This document shows positions 6,663 through 15,779 of a DNA stretch of 18,168 bases, one piece after another. This DNA is from Myxococcota bacterium (lineage in GTDB: Bacteria > Myxococcota_A > UBA796 > CAJQPC01). How positions within the stretch are numbered: the stretch's first letter is position 1; every line of letters starts with the position of its first letter. The stretch spans positions 1 to 18,168 of the forward strand of contig DASCPX010000005.1 in the NCBI GenBank assembly GCA_036012755.1, in the 5' to 3' direction. The translations under genes were made by a program, and so were the position numbers. Under the pieces are notes generated by a model. It did no database searches. It had not been told where the DNA came from and worked only from the letters and a program-made list of their open reading frames with translations.

Positions 6663-7475
6663 ATGATGCGCCACCTTGCTTTCGTCTCTCTGTTCCTCCT
6701 CTTCACCGCCTGCGCGAAGGGCACCGTCAGCGGCACCATCACCGATGGCCTGACGGGAGCGCCGGTGCCGGAGCTCCGCGTCCTCGCCCGCTCGAACGAC
6801 ACCGCCGACCTCTCCTGCATGGTCCTCGAGGGCACGTCGGATGCAACTGGCAACTTCACCATCGAGGGCACCTGCAGCAACTCGACCTACGTTCTGAGCT
6901 CCGCTGACGACACGCGCTTCTTCGAGGGAGATCAGAACGTCGCCGGGGGCGAGCCGGTCGTCGGCCACGCGATGACCTCCTACCTGGCCCCCGCGGGCAA
7001 GGGCATCTACCTCGTCATCGACGGCGAGCTCAAGCCCCAGAAGACCTACTCGGATGTCCAGAAGGCCACGATCCTCAAGACCGAACAGGTCGTGCGGTAT
7101 CCGGACACCAAGCCAAAGGACGACGGCTGGACGAAGATCCCCGCCGGCTCCCACCTGCTCCTGCTCGGGGACAAGAACCTCAACACGCTGAAGTGGCGGA
7201 CGGCGACGGAGAGCCCCGAGATCAAGTTCGAGCCGGACCGCGACGGCATCACCCACTTCAGCCTCGGCGCCCCGTGGGTCTACATCGGCATCGACATGAT
7301 CTCGGAGACCGAGTTCACCGAGACCGCCGTCGTCATCGACGAGACCAGGTTCGTCGAGGTCGAGGGGCCGATGCGGCAGGCCCGCTACATCCCTGCCGAA
7401 GCCTTCGCCGCTGGCCGGTACGCCCTCCTGTCCGACGAGAAGGCACGCCGTACCTACCTCTTCCAGGTGGAGTGA
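6663..7475 (+). CDS. Lipoprotein with N-terminal carboxypeptidase-regulatory-like (prealbumin-fold) domain, 270 aa
   Basis: MMRHLAFVSLFLLFTA-C lipobox, then the GTVSGTITDGLTGAPVPELRV...TSDATGNFTIEG pattern. GGAG RBS. Confidence 0.85.
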   Translation: MMRHLAFVSLFLLFTACAKGTVSGTITDGLTGAPVPELRVLARSNDTADLSCMVLEGTSDATGNFTIEGTCSNSTYVLSSADDTRFFEGDQNVAGGEPVVGHAMTSYLAPAGKGIYLVIDGELKPQKTYSDVQKATILKTEQVVRYPDTKPKDDGWTKIPAGSHLLLLGDKNLNTLKWRTATESPEIKFEPDRDGITHFSLGAPWVYIGIDMISETEFTETAVVIDETRFVEVEGPMRQARYIPAEAFAAGRYALLSDEKARRTYLFQVE

Positions 7476-8383
7476 CGGCGCCAGAGCGCAGCCAGCAGCA
7501 CCAGCCCCCACGCCCCGGACCCCGCACCGGCGACCCCACAGCCGCAGGACGGCTGGAGCAGGACCGGGTCGTCTGCCAGGGGCGCCGCGGTGTCGCCGCT
7601 GTCGATGTCCTCGTCCGGTAGGCCGAGGTCGCAGGCATCACCGACCCCGTCGCCATCGCTGTCAGCCTGGTCGGCGTTCGGAGTGTCCTCGCAGTTGTCC
7701 TCGTCGTCGACGATCGTGTCGTCGTCCTCGTCGATGCGGCCGACCTTGACCGAGCGCGCCCGGACCTCGGCGGCGTCCTCGGCGCCGCAGTCGTAGCTGT
7801 AGAGCCCTCCTCGCCCGAAGCCCAGGGGTTCCGCGTCGACGTAGTTGATCAGGTTCTCTCCGTTGAAGCGCACGTTCACCCGGTCGTCGTTGACGCGGAT
7901 CTCGAGAGTGTTCTCGCCGCTGTCAGCCTCCGCCGCGTTGTCGCCCACCAGCACGCCGGAGCCCTGCTCCACCCGGTAGAGCAGGAGCGTGCCGGTACTC
8001 CGCGGCTGTCCCGGAGGGGGTGAGCTGGCAGCCGTGTGGACCGCCAGGTACATCGTGGCGCCCTCGTTCGAGAGGTTCGACACGACCCCGAAGGCGTCGT
8101 CGTCCGCGTTCTCGAACTTCACCGTGACGGTCATGTCGCGGTACTCGCCGCCGTTGACGACCCAGTTGTCCTCTGGTCCACCGAGGCCGTATGCGACGTG
8201 CCCGCCGTAGTCCTCGACGCTGCGGTCCGTGAGCGGGCAGGCCTTCGACTCGAAGACGTACCAGGAGTCGTCGTCGAAGCCGCCCTCCCAGCCCGCCTCT
8301 CCGACCAGCGGGCCCTCGCTGCCGAAGTCCGTGACCTCCCACGCGGTCTGGGTGCCTGCGAAGGCCGCGGCAACGAAGATCAT
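7454..8383 (-). CDS. Exported protein: ConA-like/TSP-C-like lectin domain, thrombospondin type-3 repeat and MYXO-CTERM-like anchor, 309 aa
   Basis: Start MIFVAAAFA-G overlaps the upstream stop (ATGA at 8380-8383). NADDDAFGVV...GRGGLYSY, then DNCEDTPNADQADSDGDGVGDACD (TSP3), then C-terminal SCGCGVAGAGSGAWGLVLLAALWRR. Confidence 0.85.
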   Translation of the reverse strand: MIFVAAAFAGTQTAWEVTDFGSEGPLVGEAGWEGGFDDDSWYVFESKACPLTDRSVEDYGGHVAYGLGGPEDNWVVNGGEYRDMTVTVKFENADDDAFGVVSNLSNEGATMYLAVHTAASSPPPGQPRSTGTLLLYRVEQGSGVLVGDNAAEADSGENTLEIRVNDDRVNVRFNGENLINYVDAEPLGFGRGGLYSYDCGAEDAAEVRARSVKVGRIDEDDDTIVDDEDNCEDTPNADQADSDGDGVGDACDLGLPDEDIDSGDTAAPLADDPVLLQPSCGCGVAGAGSGAWGLVLLAALWRRHSTWKR

Positions 8384-9123
8384 GGAGGTCCCTCTTCCAG
8401 ATCCTCGACGATAGCCTTCACCGCCCCCCACGCCGCCTCCGCTTGCGCCAGCGGGGAATCGAAGTCGGCCGCAGAGAGCGGCTCGCCAAAGCGGAGCCGG
8501 ATGTCCTGGAAGTAGCGAATCCCCTTGTTCGTCGGCGGGATGACGTCGTCGGTCCCAACGATTCCCGCCGGCACCAGGCAGACCCCTGCTTCGCTGGCAG
8601 CGACGAGCAGGCCGAGGCTCACCTTCTCGCGGAGCTTGCCGTCCCGGGTGCGGGTCCCCTCTGGGTAGACGTGCAGCGGCACACCGCGCTGCAGGAGGAA
8701 CACCGCCTCCTCCTTGGCCCGAAGCCGCTCCGACTGCTCCCTCCGATCGAAGAAGACAGCGCCGCCGAGGTAGCCGAGCAGGCCCATTGCCGGGAAATAG
8801 AAGACCAGCTTCTTGCTGATGCCCTGAGCCCGAGCGGCCCAGATGAGCGTGGGCACATCGCAGAAGCCGCGGTGGTTGCAGACCACGAGATACGGCGTGC
8901 CGTAGACCGGCAGGTGCTCGCGGCCCTGGACGTCGATGCTCCGCACGAGCAAGGCGAAGCGAAGGATCGCCCAGGCGCAGCCTGCGTTCGTCCACCAGAT
9001 GAGGCGCTCCCGGCGCCCCCGCGGAACCAGCGCGAAGGGCGCCGCCAGCAGGAGGAAGAACATGGAGATGGCGAGCGCAACAAGGCTGGTCGGGATGGCT
9101 AATGCGAGGTTGAGGAGAGTCAT
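8380..9123 (-). CDS. Lysophospholipid (1-acyl-sn-glycerol-3-phosphate) acyltransferase, PlsC family
   Basis: N-terminal transmembrane helix, NHRGFCD (HxxxxD), FFDR and YPEGTR motifs. ATG 9123 follows GGGGAG. Confidence 0.9.
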   Translation of the reverse strand: MTLLNLALAIPTSLVALAISMFFLLLAAPFALVPRGRRERLIWWTNAGCAWAILRFALLVRSIDVQGREHLPVYGTPYLVVCNHRGFCDVPTLIWAARAQGISKKLVFYFPAMGLLGYLGGAVFFDRREQSERLRAKEEAVFLLQRGVPLHVYPEGTRTRDGKLREKVSLGLLVAASEAGVCLVPAGIVGTDDVIPPTNKGIRYFQDIRLRFGEPLSAADFDSPLAQAEAAWGAVKAIVEDLEEGPP

Positions 9124-9187
9124 CTCCCCGCGCCGGTCGACCAGCGCCCGGAGCGGCCCCACAGGTGTTAGACAGAGGTCGTCAGCC

Positions 9188-9445
9188 ATGATGGAGCCCA
9201 CCACGATCCAGCGGCTCATCGAGACCGCGCTGCCGAACTGTACGGCAAAGGTCATCGATGACAACGACGACAGGGTGCACTTCCGCGCCGAGGTCGTGAG
9301 CTCCGCCTTCGAGGGCATCTCGCTGGTGAAACAGCATCAGCTCGTCTACAAGGCGCTCGGGAACCACATGGTCAGCGACATCCACGCATTGGCGCTCAAG
9401 ACCTTTACCCCGAGCGGGTGGGCCAGCGCACAGGAGGCGAAGTGA
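9188..9445 (+). CDS. BolA/IbaG family protein
   Basis: HFRAEVVSSAFEGISLVKQHQLVYKALG...IHALALKTFTP. Confidence 0.95.
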   Translation: MMEPTTIQRLIETALPNCTAKVIDDNDDRVHFRAEVVSSAFEGISLVKQHQLVYKALGNHMVSDIHALALKTFTPSGWASAQEAK

Positions 9446-9765
9446 GCGAGCGAAACGTCCAGGACTTCATCGGGGACCTCGTCAAGTCGAACCGGGTCGT
9501 TCTCTTCATGAAGGGCAACAAGTTCTTTCCCGCATGCGGCTTCTCGGCCCGGGCCGTGCAGATCCTCGGTCAACTGAGCGCCGAGTTCGAGACCTTCGAC
9601 GTGCTGGCGGACCCGGACGTTCGGCAGGGCATCAAGGACTACGCCTCCTGGCCGACGATCCCACAGCTCTACATCGACGGCGAGTTCGTCGGGGGCTCGG
9701 ACATCATGATGGAAATGTACGACAACGGCGAGCTGGCGGCGGCGCTGTCCGAGAACCCCTCCTGA
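9442..9765 (+). CDS. grxD: Monothiol glutaredoxin (Grx4 family)
   Basis: VLFMKG...PACGFS, WPTIPQLYIDGEFVGGSDI. The GTG start overlaps the BolA stop and follows AGGAGG. Confidence 0.96.
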   Translation: MSERNVQDFIGDLVKSNRVVLFMKGNKFFPACGFSARAVQILGQLSAEFETFDVLADPDVRQGIKDYASWPTIPQLYIDGEFVGGSDIMMEMYDNGELAAALSENPS

Positions 9766-10637
9766 GCGTCGAGTCCGCGCGGCGCATCCCAGCGCTGATC
9801 GTGTCTGGCTTCCTGGGCTCCGGCAAGACGACCCTGGTTCGCCACCTGCTGGAGGACGCCCAGCGGCGCGGTCTCCGCATGGCGGTGGTCACGAACGAGT
9901 TCGGCGAGCTCGGCATCGACGAGGCCCTGCTTGGAGAGGGCGGCGCAGCCACCGTCGAGCTGGCCGGCGGCTGCGTCTGCTGCAAGCTCTCGGACGAGCT
10001 CAGCGAGACGCTCCAGATGCTCTACGACACGGTCTCCCCAGACCGCATCGTGGTGGAGACCAGCGGGGTCGCGATGCCCTTCGAGACACAGCTCACGTTC
10101 TGGCGCGAGCCGGTGGTCGACTGGGTCGACGACGACGCAGCGGTGGTCGTCGTGGACGCGACCCAGCTGGCCGAGAGCCGGGACCTGGGCGGCACCTGGA
10201 CCCAACAGGTCGAGAGCGCTGACCTGCTCCTGCTCAACAAGGTCGACCTCGTCGAGGACAGCGCGGTCCTCGTCACCCGCCTGGAGGAGCTCTCCCCGGG
10301 CACGCCGGTGCTCCGAGCGGTGCACGGAGAGGTCGAGCCCGGCCTGCTCTTCCCGCCCGATCCCGAAGGGCTGCGGGCTCTCCGGCGCGACAGCCCACCT
10401 TCCCCGCCGCCCCATCACCACGAGCACTTCCAGGCAGAGGAGCTCTCCTTCGGCGAGATCGACGAGGCCGCCCTCGAAGAGCAGCTGCGGGCCCTCGGAG
10501 CGCTGCGGGTGAAGGGCTTCGTCCAGACGGCCCAGGGTCCGAGGCTGGTCCAGGGAGTCGGACGACGCCTCGAGCTGACCCCGGCATCACCCCCCGCGGA
10601 GCTCCTGGGCCGGGTCGTCGTCATCCGGCGCGCCTGA
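9762..10637 (+). CDS. COG0523/CobW-family G3E GTPase metallochaperone
   Basis: GFLGSGKTT, NEFGE, GCVCC, VETSG, LNKVD, His patch HHHEH and LRVKG. Start uncertain; the best candidate is CTG at 9762 overlapping the grxD TGA. Confidence 0.92.
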   Translation: MSVESARRIPALIVSGFLGSGKTTLVRHLLEDAQRRGLRMAVVTNEFGELGIDEALLGEGGAATVELAGGCVCCKLSDELSETLQMLYDTVSPDRIVVETSGVAMPFETQLTFWREPVVDWVDDDAAVVVVDATQLAESRDLGGTWTQQVESADLLLLNKVDLVEDSAVLVTRLEELSPGTPVLRAVHGEVEPGLLFPPDPEGLRALRRDSPPSPPPHHHEHFQAEELSFGEIDEAALEEQLRALGALRVKGFVQTAQGPRLVQGVGRRLELTPASPPAELLGRVVVIRRA

Positions 10638-11699
10638 GCCGTAGGGGCGCTTCGCGTAGCGGGAGAAGCCGCCGCCGTCGCCGCGGAGGATCACGTTGCA
10701 GTAGAAGCGCGTCTTGCGGACCAGCGAGCCCAGCAAACTCGTGCCGATGTTCTTCCGGATCATCACGAGGGCTCGGCGCTGGAGCTTGTAGCGGTCCCAG
10801 CGGTCCTTGTTCGCCTTGGCCAGGGCCTTTTGCCGGGCCTCTGGCACGTCGACCCGGTCCAGGGGTTCGAAGAGGGTGTCCGGGTCGTAGCCCCAGGTGC
10901 GGATGTCATCTGCGTCGAGGCCGTCGATCATCTCGCGCAGCACCTCGACGCGCCCTTCATGAGCGCAGGCGTTCCTCGCCCACTTCTCCATCGACGAGGT
11001 CACGGGCTTGTCGTGCTGGCCGACACCGATGGGGTCGCCAAGGCCCTCGACCTTGGGCTTCTGCCTTCCGTACTGCACCGTCCCCGGCTCGTGCGGGATG
11101 CCGATGTGCTCGTAGATGCGCCGCAGCTCCGTCTCCGGGTCCGTGACGATGTCCTCGTAGCGGACGTGCACGAAGGGGACCTTGGCGTTGCGGAGGAAGT
11201 CGGCCATCGCCGGCACGTAGCGAGCCAGGAGCGGGTTGAAGTCTCGGGCCGCCGCGTAGTCGCCGTCGAAGAAGGACTCGGCGAAGCTGTCCCACACGGA
11301 GCAGGGGTTGCGCGTCAGCACGATGAAGTGCGCGTCTGGAAGGACCCGCTCGATGAAGGGGGTGATCAGGGCGTAGGCGGGGGTCTTGTCGAGGAAGAAG
11401 GGCTCCGGAGACTGGGACATCATGCGGCCGTACATGACCTCGCAGTAGGCCCTCAGTGCCTCGAGGTAGTCCTCCTCTCCTCCAGGCAGATCCTGGACGA
11501 ACTGGCGCAGGGACATGCCTGCCTGCAGCTGGTCGAAGGCGGCCAGATCGACGTTGTCCCAGTAGCCCAGATGCGCCAGGGGCGTCAGCAGGTGAGGCTC
11601 AGGGCGACTCTGGATCTGGCTGTGAGAGGACAGCATCCGCATGAGCAGCGTGCTGCCCGAGCGCGGCGGCCCGATGACGAAGATGAGCTGGTCGAGCAT
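10587..11699 (-). CDS. PAPS-dependent sulfotransferase (Sulfotransfer_3 / TPST-like)
   Basis: GPPRSGSTLL (5'-PSB loop), FLDKTP, LTRNP (3'-PB) and VRYEDIV. ATG 11699. Confidence 0.9.
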   Translation of the reverse strand: MLDQLIFVIGPPRSGSTLLMRMLSSHSQIQSRPEPHLLTPLAHLGYWDNVDLAAFDQLQAGMSLRQFVQDLPGGEEDYLEALRAYCEVMYGRMMSQSPEPFFLDKTPAYALITPFIERVLPDAHFIVLTRNPCSVWDSFAESFFDGDYAAARDFNPLLARYVPAMADFLRNAKVPFVHVRYEDIVTDPETELRRIYEHIGIPHEPGTVQYGRQKPKVEGLGDPIGVGQHDKPVTSSMEKWARNACAHEGRVEVLREMIDGLDADDIRTWGYDPDTLFEPLDRVDVPEARQKALAKANKDRWDRYKLQRRALVMIRKNIGTSLLGSLVRKTRFYCNVILRGDGGGFSRYAKRPYGSGAPDDDDPAQELRGG

Positions 11700-11710
11700 G
11701 GCCCGCCCAT

Positions 11711-12607
11711 CTAACCGAGTGACCCCTCCGGCCAAGGTCCGAGCAGCTTCACCTCTGGTTCGAGGTCGACCCCGAAGCGCTCGCGCACGACGGCGCGGGC
11801 GTGGCGGATCAGCGCGGCGATGTCCTCTGGCGTCGCCCCGCCCTCGTTCAGGAAGAAGTTCGCGTGCTTCTCGCTGATGACCGCCCCGCCGATGCGATGG
11901 CCCTTCAGACCCGCAGCGTCGATCAGCCGCGCGGCGTGGTCCCCCTCCGGGTTCGTGAAGGTCGAGCCACAGGAGGGCGAGGACAAGGGCTGGGTGCGCT
12001 TGCGGCGCTCGAGGAAGTCCTGGCGCGAGGCGGCCCTCGAGCCGTCGTCCTCTACGAGTCTCAGGCGCGCGAAGGCCACGACGCCCTCCGGCAAGGCGGA
12101 GCGCCGGTAGCCGAAGCCGCAGGCGGAGGCGGGCAGGACGACCACGCCAGCGCGAGTCACGACGGTGACGTCCTCGACGATGTCTCCGAGCTCACCCAGG
12201 GTCGTACCGGCGTTCATGACGACAGCGCCACCGATGGTGCCCGGGATGCCCGCCAGCATCTCTGCGCCAGCGAGCCCGGCCTTGTCGAGGCGCGACAGCA
12301 GGACGTTGAGCCAGAGGCCCCCGCCGACGCGCGCGATGTGCCCCTCCAACTCGACCTCGGCCAGCTCGCCCCGCAGCCTGAGGGTGAGCCCCGGGATGCC
12401 TGCGCTGTGGATCAGGGCGTTGGAGCCTCGCCCGAGGACGGTGATCGGACCCTCGAAGGCCATGGCGATGACGAGCTGATCGAGGGTGTGGACCTCGACG
12501 AGGAGCTCCGCCGGGCCACCCACCCGCCAGAAGGCGAGCTTGTGGAGCGGGGCCCCTGGAGTCAGCCGGGCCCCCGCTTCACCCAGGGCCCGGACCACGG
12601 AGCTCAC
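11711..12607 (-). CDS. murB: UDP-N-acetylenolpyruvoylglucosamine reductase
   Basis: WRVGGPA, LGRGSN, GIPGTIGGAVVMNAG, FGYRRS, QPLSSPSCGSTFTNP, SEKHANF, LEPEV. GTG 12607 overlaps the upstream stop. Confidence 0.96.
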   Translation of the reverse strand: MSSVVRALGEAGARLTPGAPLHKLAFWRVGGPAELLVEVHTLDQLVIAMAFEGPITVLGRGSNALIHSAGIPGLTLRLRGELAEVELEGHIARVGGGLWLNVLLSRLDKAGLAGAEMLAGIPGTIGGAVVMNAGTTLGELGDIVEDVTVVTRAGVVVLPASACGFGYRRSALPEGVVAFARLRLVEDDGSRAASRQDFLERRKRTQPLSSPSCGSTFTNPEGDHAARLIDAAGLKGHRIGGAVISEKHANFFLNEGGATPEDIAALIRHARAVVRERFGVDLEPEVKLLGPWPEGSLG

Positions 12608-15600
12608 TCGCGCAGAGCCAACGTGTCGCCGTCGTAGCGGACGCCGCCCTTGACGACCTCGTCGATGAGCACGCTGTTGCGGATGTCCTCGACCGGGTCG
12701 GCCTCGAGCACGATGAAGTCGGCGAGCTTGCCAGCCTCGAGGGAGCCGAGGTCGTTGTCCATGCCGATGTACCAGGCGCCGTTGATCGTCGCGGCCTTCA
12801 GCGCCTCGAGGTTGCCCATGCCCTCTGCGAGGGCCCAGAGCTCCCAGTGCGCTCCCAGACCCTGGACCTGGCCGTGGCTGCCGAGGTTCACCCGCACGCC
12901 GGCCTCGGTCAGATCCCCGGCGGAGGCTGCCACGCGCTTGTGGTGCCAGTCGTCGTCCCGGACCATGAAGTCCAGCCGTCGGGCCTTGCGATCGATCCAC
13001 TCCTCTGGGGTGAAGGCGCGCAGCTTCTCCTCCGCGAGCAGGTCACCGTACTGGTAGAAGTAGCGCTCGCCCGTGGTCCCGCTGTAGGCGACCAACAAGG
13101 TCGGCGTGTAGCCGGCACCGGTGGCCGCATAGAGCCCGAGGACGTCGTCGTAGAGCGGCGCCACCGGCAGGGCGTGCTCGATGCCCGTGTGGCCGTCGAC
13201 AACCATGTTCAGGTTGAAGAAGAGGTCCCCTCCGCCCTCTGGGTAGACGTTCATGCCCGCCTCCCGAGCTGCCTCGAGGATCCACTGGCGCTGGTCGCGA
13301 GCGGACTGCTGGTAGCTCTTCACGCTGACCGCGCCGACGCTCTTCTTGCGGTCGAGGTGGAAGCGCGCCTCGTCGAGATCCTCGACGTGGGTGCGTCCCT
13401 TCGCCCAGGCCCCGTAGAGGATGTAGCCGGTCGAGTAGACCCGGGGTCCGAGCTCCAGACCGGCCTCGATGCGCTCGGCGGTGCCGAAGGCGATGTCGTC
13501 GTTAGCGCTGGGATCGTGGACCGTGGTGACCCCGTAGGCGAGGTTCACCTCGTGCCTCCAGGAGTTCAGGGGCTGGGCGTCGCTGGCGCCGTAGTGGAGG
13601 TGTGCGTGGACGTCGACGAAGCCAGGGATCAGCGTCTTGCCCGCGGCATCGACGACCGTCGCCCCCGCTGGCACCTCCACGTCGCCGACGCCGACGATGC
13701 GCTCGCCCTCGACGAGCAGGGTCCCCTCCACGGTGCCTTGGGGCCCGAGGGTGTGGATGCGCGCGTTGGTGTAGGCGATGGTCGAGGTGCCGTGGAGCCG
13801 GGACAGCCGGGCGTCGAGCTCGATCTGCTGCTCGCCCACGAAGAGCGTCGGCCCGATGGACCAGGACAGGGTGTCTCCCGACCAGGACAACCAGCTGCCA
13901 GCTCGCTCACCGACGCGAGTCACGGGGACAGAGCCCCCATCAGGACCCAGCTCGAGGGTCTGGCCGGCCAGCTTCGGCAGCGGAGCGACGTAGACCTCGT
14001 GCTGCTCGACGAAGGCCAGCTCCGAGCCATCCGGGGACACGGCGACCTCGAGCCCGCGATCCCAGCGGGCGAGGATCTGCTCGTCGTTTCCTTGGCGATC
14101 GTAGGACCGCAGAGTGGTCTTTGCGTGGGTGTGGGGGGTCTCCTGCGGCTCGTCGACGGTGAGCAGGAAGCGCTCCCCGTCACCGCTCCAGCCGATGGTC
14201 GGCCGGTTGGCCTCGCCCCAGGCCATCACGTCGTGAAGCGCGTTGCCGTCGAAGTACTCGAGCCGCCACCACAGCTCGCTGTTGGTCGAGTGACCGCGAC
14301 CAGGAGCGCCGGAGCCGCGGATCCAGGCCAGCTTGGAGCCGTCGGGGGACCAGCTGGGCGAGAGGTACTGGGCCGGGCGCTCCGTGAGCCGCTCCATGTC
14401 CCCGGTCGCCAGGTCCATGGTCCAGACGGCCCCCTGGCTGTCGTCGTCCCAGGTCGCAAAGGCGATGCCGTCCCCGCCAGGATGCCAGACCGGCGCCAGC
14501 GGGTGGACGCTGCCGTCGGACAAGGGCCGAGCCGGGCCGCCGGCGATCTCCTGCAGCCAGAGCCGCCCAAGGGCCTCGAAGACCACCTTGTCTCCGTCCG
14601 GGGACACTCGAGGCCAGCGCACCAGCTTCGCCTGCACCTCGTCGTGATCGGCGACCGCGAATGTGGCTCGCTGGTGCTCCCCGAGCTGCAGGTCCACCTC
14701 GGCGGTCCAGGGAATCGGTGTGACCTCCGCGGTCACGATGTCCACCCGCTTCAGGGTCCCGTCGTCCCAGACGACGAGCTCCCTGCCGTCCGGGGTCCAG
14801 CTCATGTGGGAGTAGGTGCCATTGAGCGCGAAGCCCTCGATGTTGTCGTGCTCCAGCACGAACTCACCGACGCGTTCGCGGCTCCCGTCCCAGGGGTCGT
14901 AGAGCTCGAGGATGGTCTCGGTGGCCTTGCGTCGGACGACCGCGATCTCGCCGGTGCCTGGACGGGGCGCGGGGTTGAAGGCACCCCCGGCCTCGCCGGT
15001 GAGACGGACCACCTCGCCCGTGTGGAGGTCCATGCGGTGGAGGTCGTAGATCGGGTTGTTCGGGTCCCGGTCGTAGTCGAAGCGCCAGGGCGTGGCGGCG
15101 TAGTAGATCGCCTCGCCGTCCTCTGAGAACCGCGCGCCCACGGGAAAGGGTGAGTCCTTCGTCTTCGTGAGCTGGATGCCGTCGCCGCCCTCGATGTCGA
15201 AGAGCCACAGCTCGCACATGCCGATGCTGCGGGTGTCGACGACGCGCTTGCGGAGCAACAGGTGCTCTCCGTCCGGGCTCCACTCGGCCTCGCCGAAGCG
15301 ATGGGGCCGCCCCTCTGTCAGCACCTCCGCCTCCCCGCTGGCCATCTCGCGGATCCAGACCTCCTGGTTGCCGTCCCTGTCGCTGATGTAGACGAGCTTT
15401 GTGCCATCGGGCGAAAAACGCGGGTCCTGATCCCAGGCCAGGCCAGAGGTCAAGCGCTCGGCCTCGCCGCCTTCCAGGGGCACGACGTAGAGGTCTCCGA
15501 GCAGGTCGAAGACCACCCGATCGCCGTCGGGGTGAACGTCGACGTTCATCCAGGTGCCCTCGGACAGGGTGGCCCGGTAGTGACGCTTCGCGGGGTAGTC

Positions 15601-15690
15601 CTCTTCGATGTCCCAGGAGAACTCGGGCTCCTTCTTTCCGGCACATGCGAGCCCGGGGAGCAACCACAGCAGGGGCAAGACAGCGCGCAT
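12604..15690 (-). CDS. Exported PD40/TolB-like beta-propeller plus amidohydrolase-family protein, about 1028 aa
   Basis: Signal/lipobox-like MRAVLPLLWLLPGLAC and repeated PRFSPDG / WSPDG / VSPDG. Amidohydrolase motifs IPGFVDVHAH, YGVTTVHDP, IEH, ATINGA and GSLEAGKLADF. GGAGGT RBS. Confidence 0.93.
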   Translation of the reverse strand: MRAVLPLLWLLPGLACAGKKEPEFSWDIEEDYPAKRHYRATLSEGTWMNVDVHPDGDRVVFDLLGDLYVVPLEGGEAERLTSGLAWDQDPRFSPDGTKLVYISDRDGNQEVWIREMASGEAEVLTEGRPHRFGEAEWSPDGEHLLLRKRVVDTRSIGMCELWLFDIEGGDGIQLTKTKDSPFPVGARFSEDGEAIYYAATPWRFDYDRDPNNPIYDLHRMDLHTGEVVRLTGEAGGAFNPAPRPGTGEIAVVRRKATETILELYDPWDGSRERVGEFVLEHDNIEGFALNGTYSHMSWTPDGRELVVWDDGTLKRVDIVTAEVTPIPWTAEVDLQLGEHQRATFAVADHDEVQAKLVRWPRVSPDGDKVVFEALGRLWLQEIAGGPARPLSDGSVHPLAPVWHPGGDGIAFATWDDDSQGAVWTMDLATGDMERLTERPAQYLSPSWSPDGSKLAWIRGSGAPGRGHSTNSELWWRLEYFDGNALHDVMAWGEANRPTIGWSGDGERFLLTVDEPQETPHTHAKTTLRSYDRQGNDEQILARWDRGLEVAVSPDGSELAFVEQHEVYVAPLPKLAGQTLELGPDGGSVPVTRVGERAGSWLSWSGDTLSWSIGPTLFVGEQQIELDARLSRLHGTSTIAYTNARIHTLGPQGTVEGTLLVEGERIVGVGDVEVPAGATVVDAAGKTLIPGFVDVHAHLHYGASDAQPLNSWRHEVNLAYGVTTVHDPSANDDIAFGTAERIEAGLELGPRVYSTGYILYGAWAKGRTHVEDLDEARFHLDRKKSVGAVSVKSYQQSARDQRQWILEAAREAGMNVYPEGGGDLFFNLNMVVDGHTGIEHALPVAPLYDDVLGLYAATGAGYTPTLLVAYSGTTGERYFYQYGDLLAEEKLRAFTPEEWIDRKARRLDFMVRDDDWHHKRVAASAGDLTEAGVRVNLGSHGQVQGLGAHWELWALAEGMGNLEALKAATINGAWYIGMDNDLGSLEAGKLADFIVLEADPVEDIRNSVLIDEVVKGGVRYDGDTLALRE

Positions 15691-15779
15691 CGAAGACCTC
15701 CAGCAGAGCCCGAAACCAGGGGTTAGCCTGCCGATCAGGGCAGTGGGAGGTCCCGTGCCGGGGACCATCGTGAGGAGAC

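Noticed and set aside
8384..8995. N-terminal extension of the 513-aa ORF, suggesting a fusion or frameshift with the acyltransferase
   Set aside because: Arg/Pro-rich off-frame read of the acyltransferase gene. The ATGA overlap at 8380-8383 gives a clean start.
12847..15126. 759-aa plus-strand ORF
   Set aside because: Entirely antisense to the amidohydrolase gene and has no recognisable motifs.
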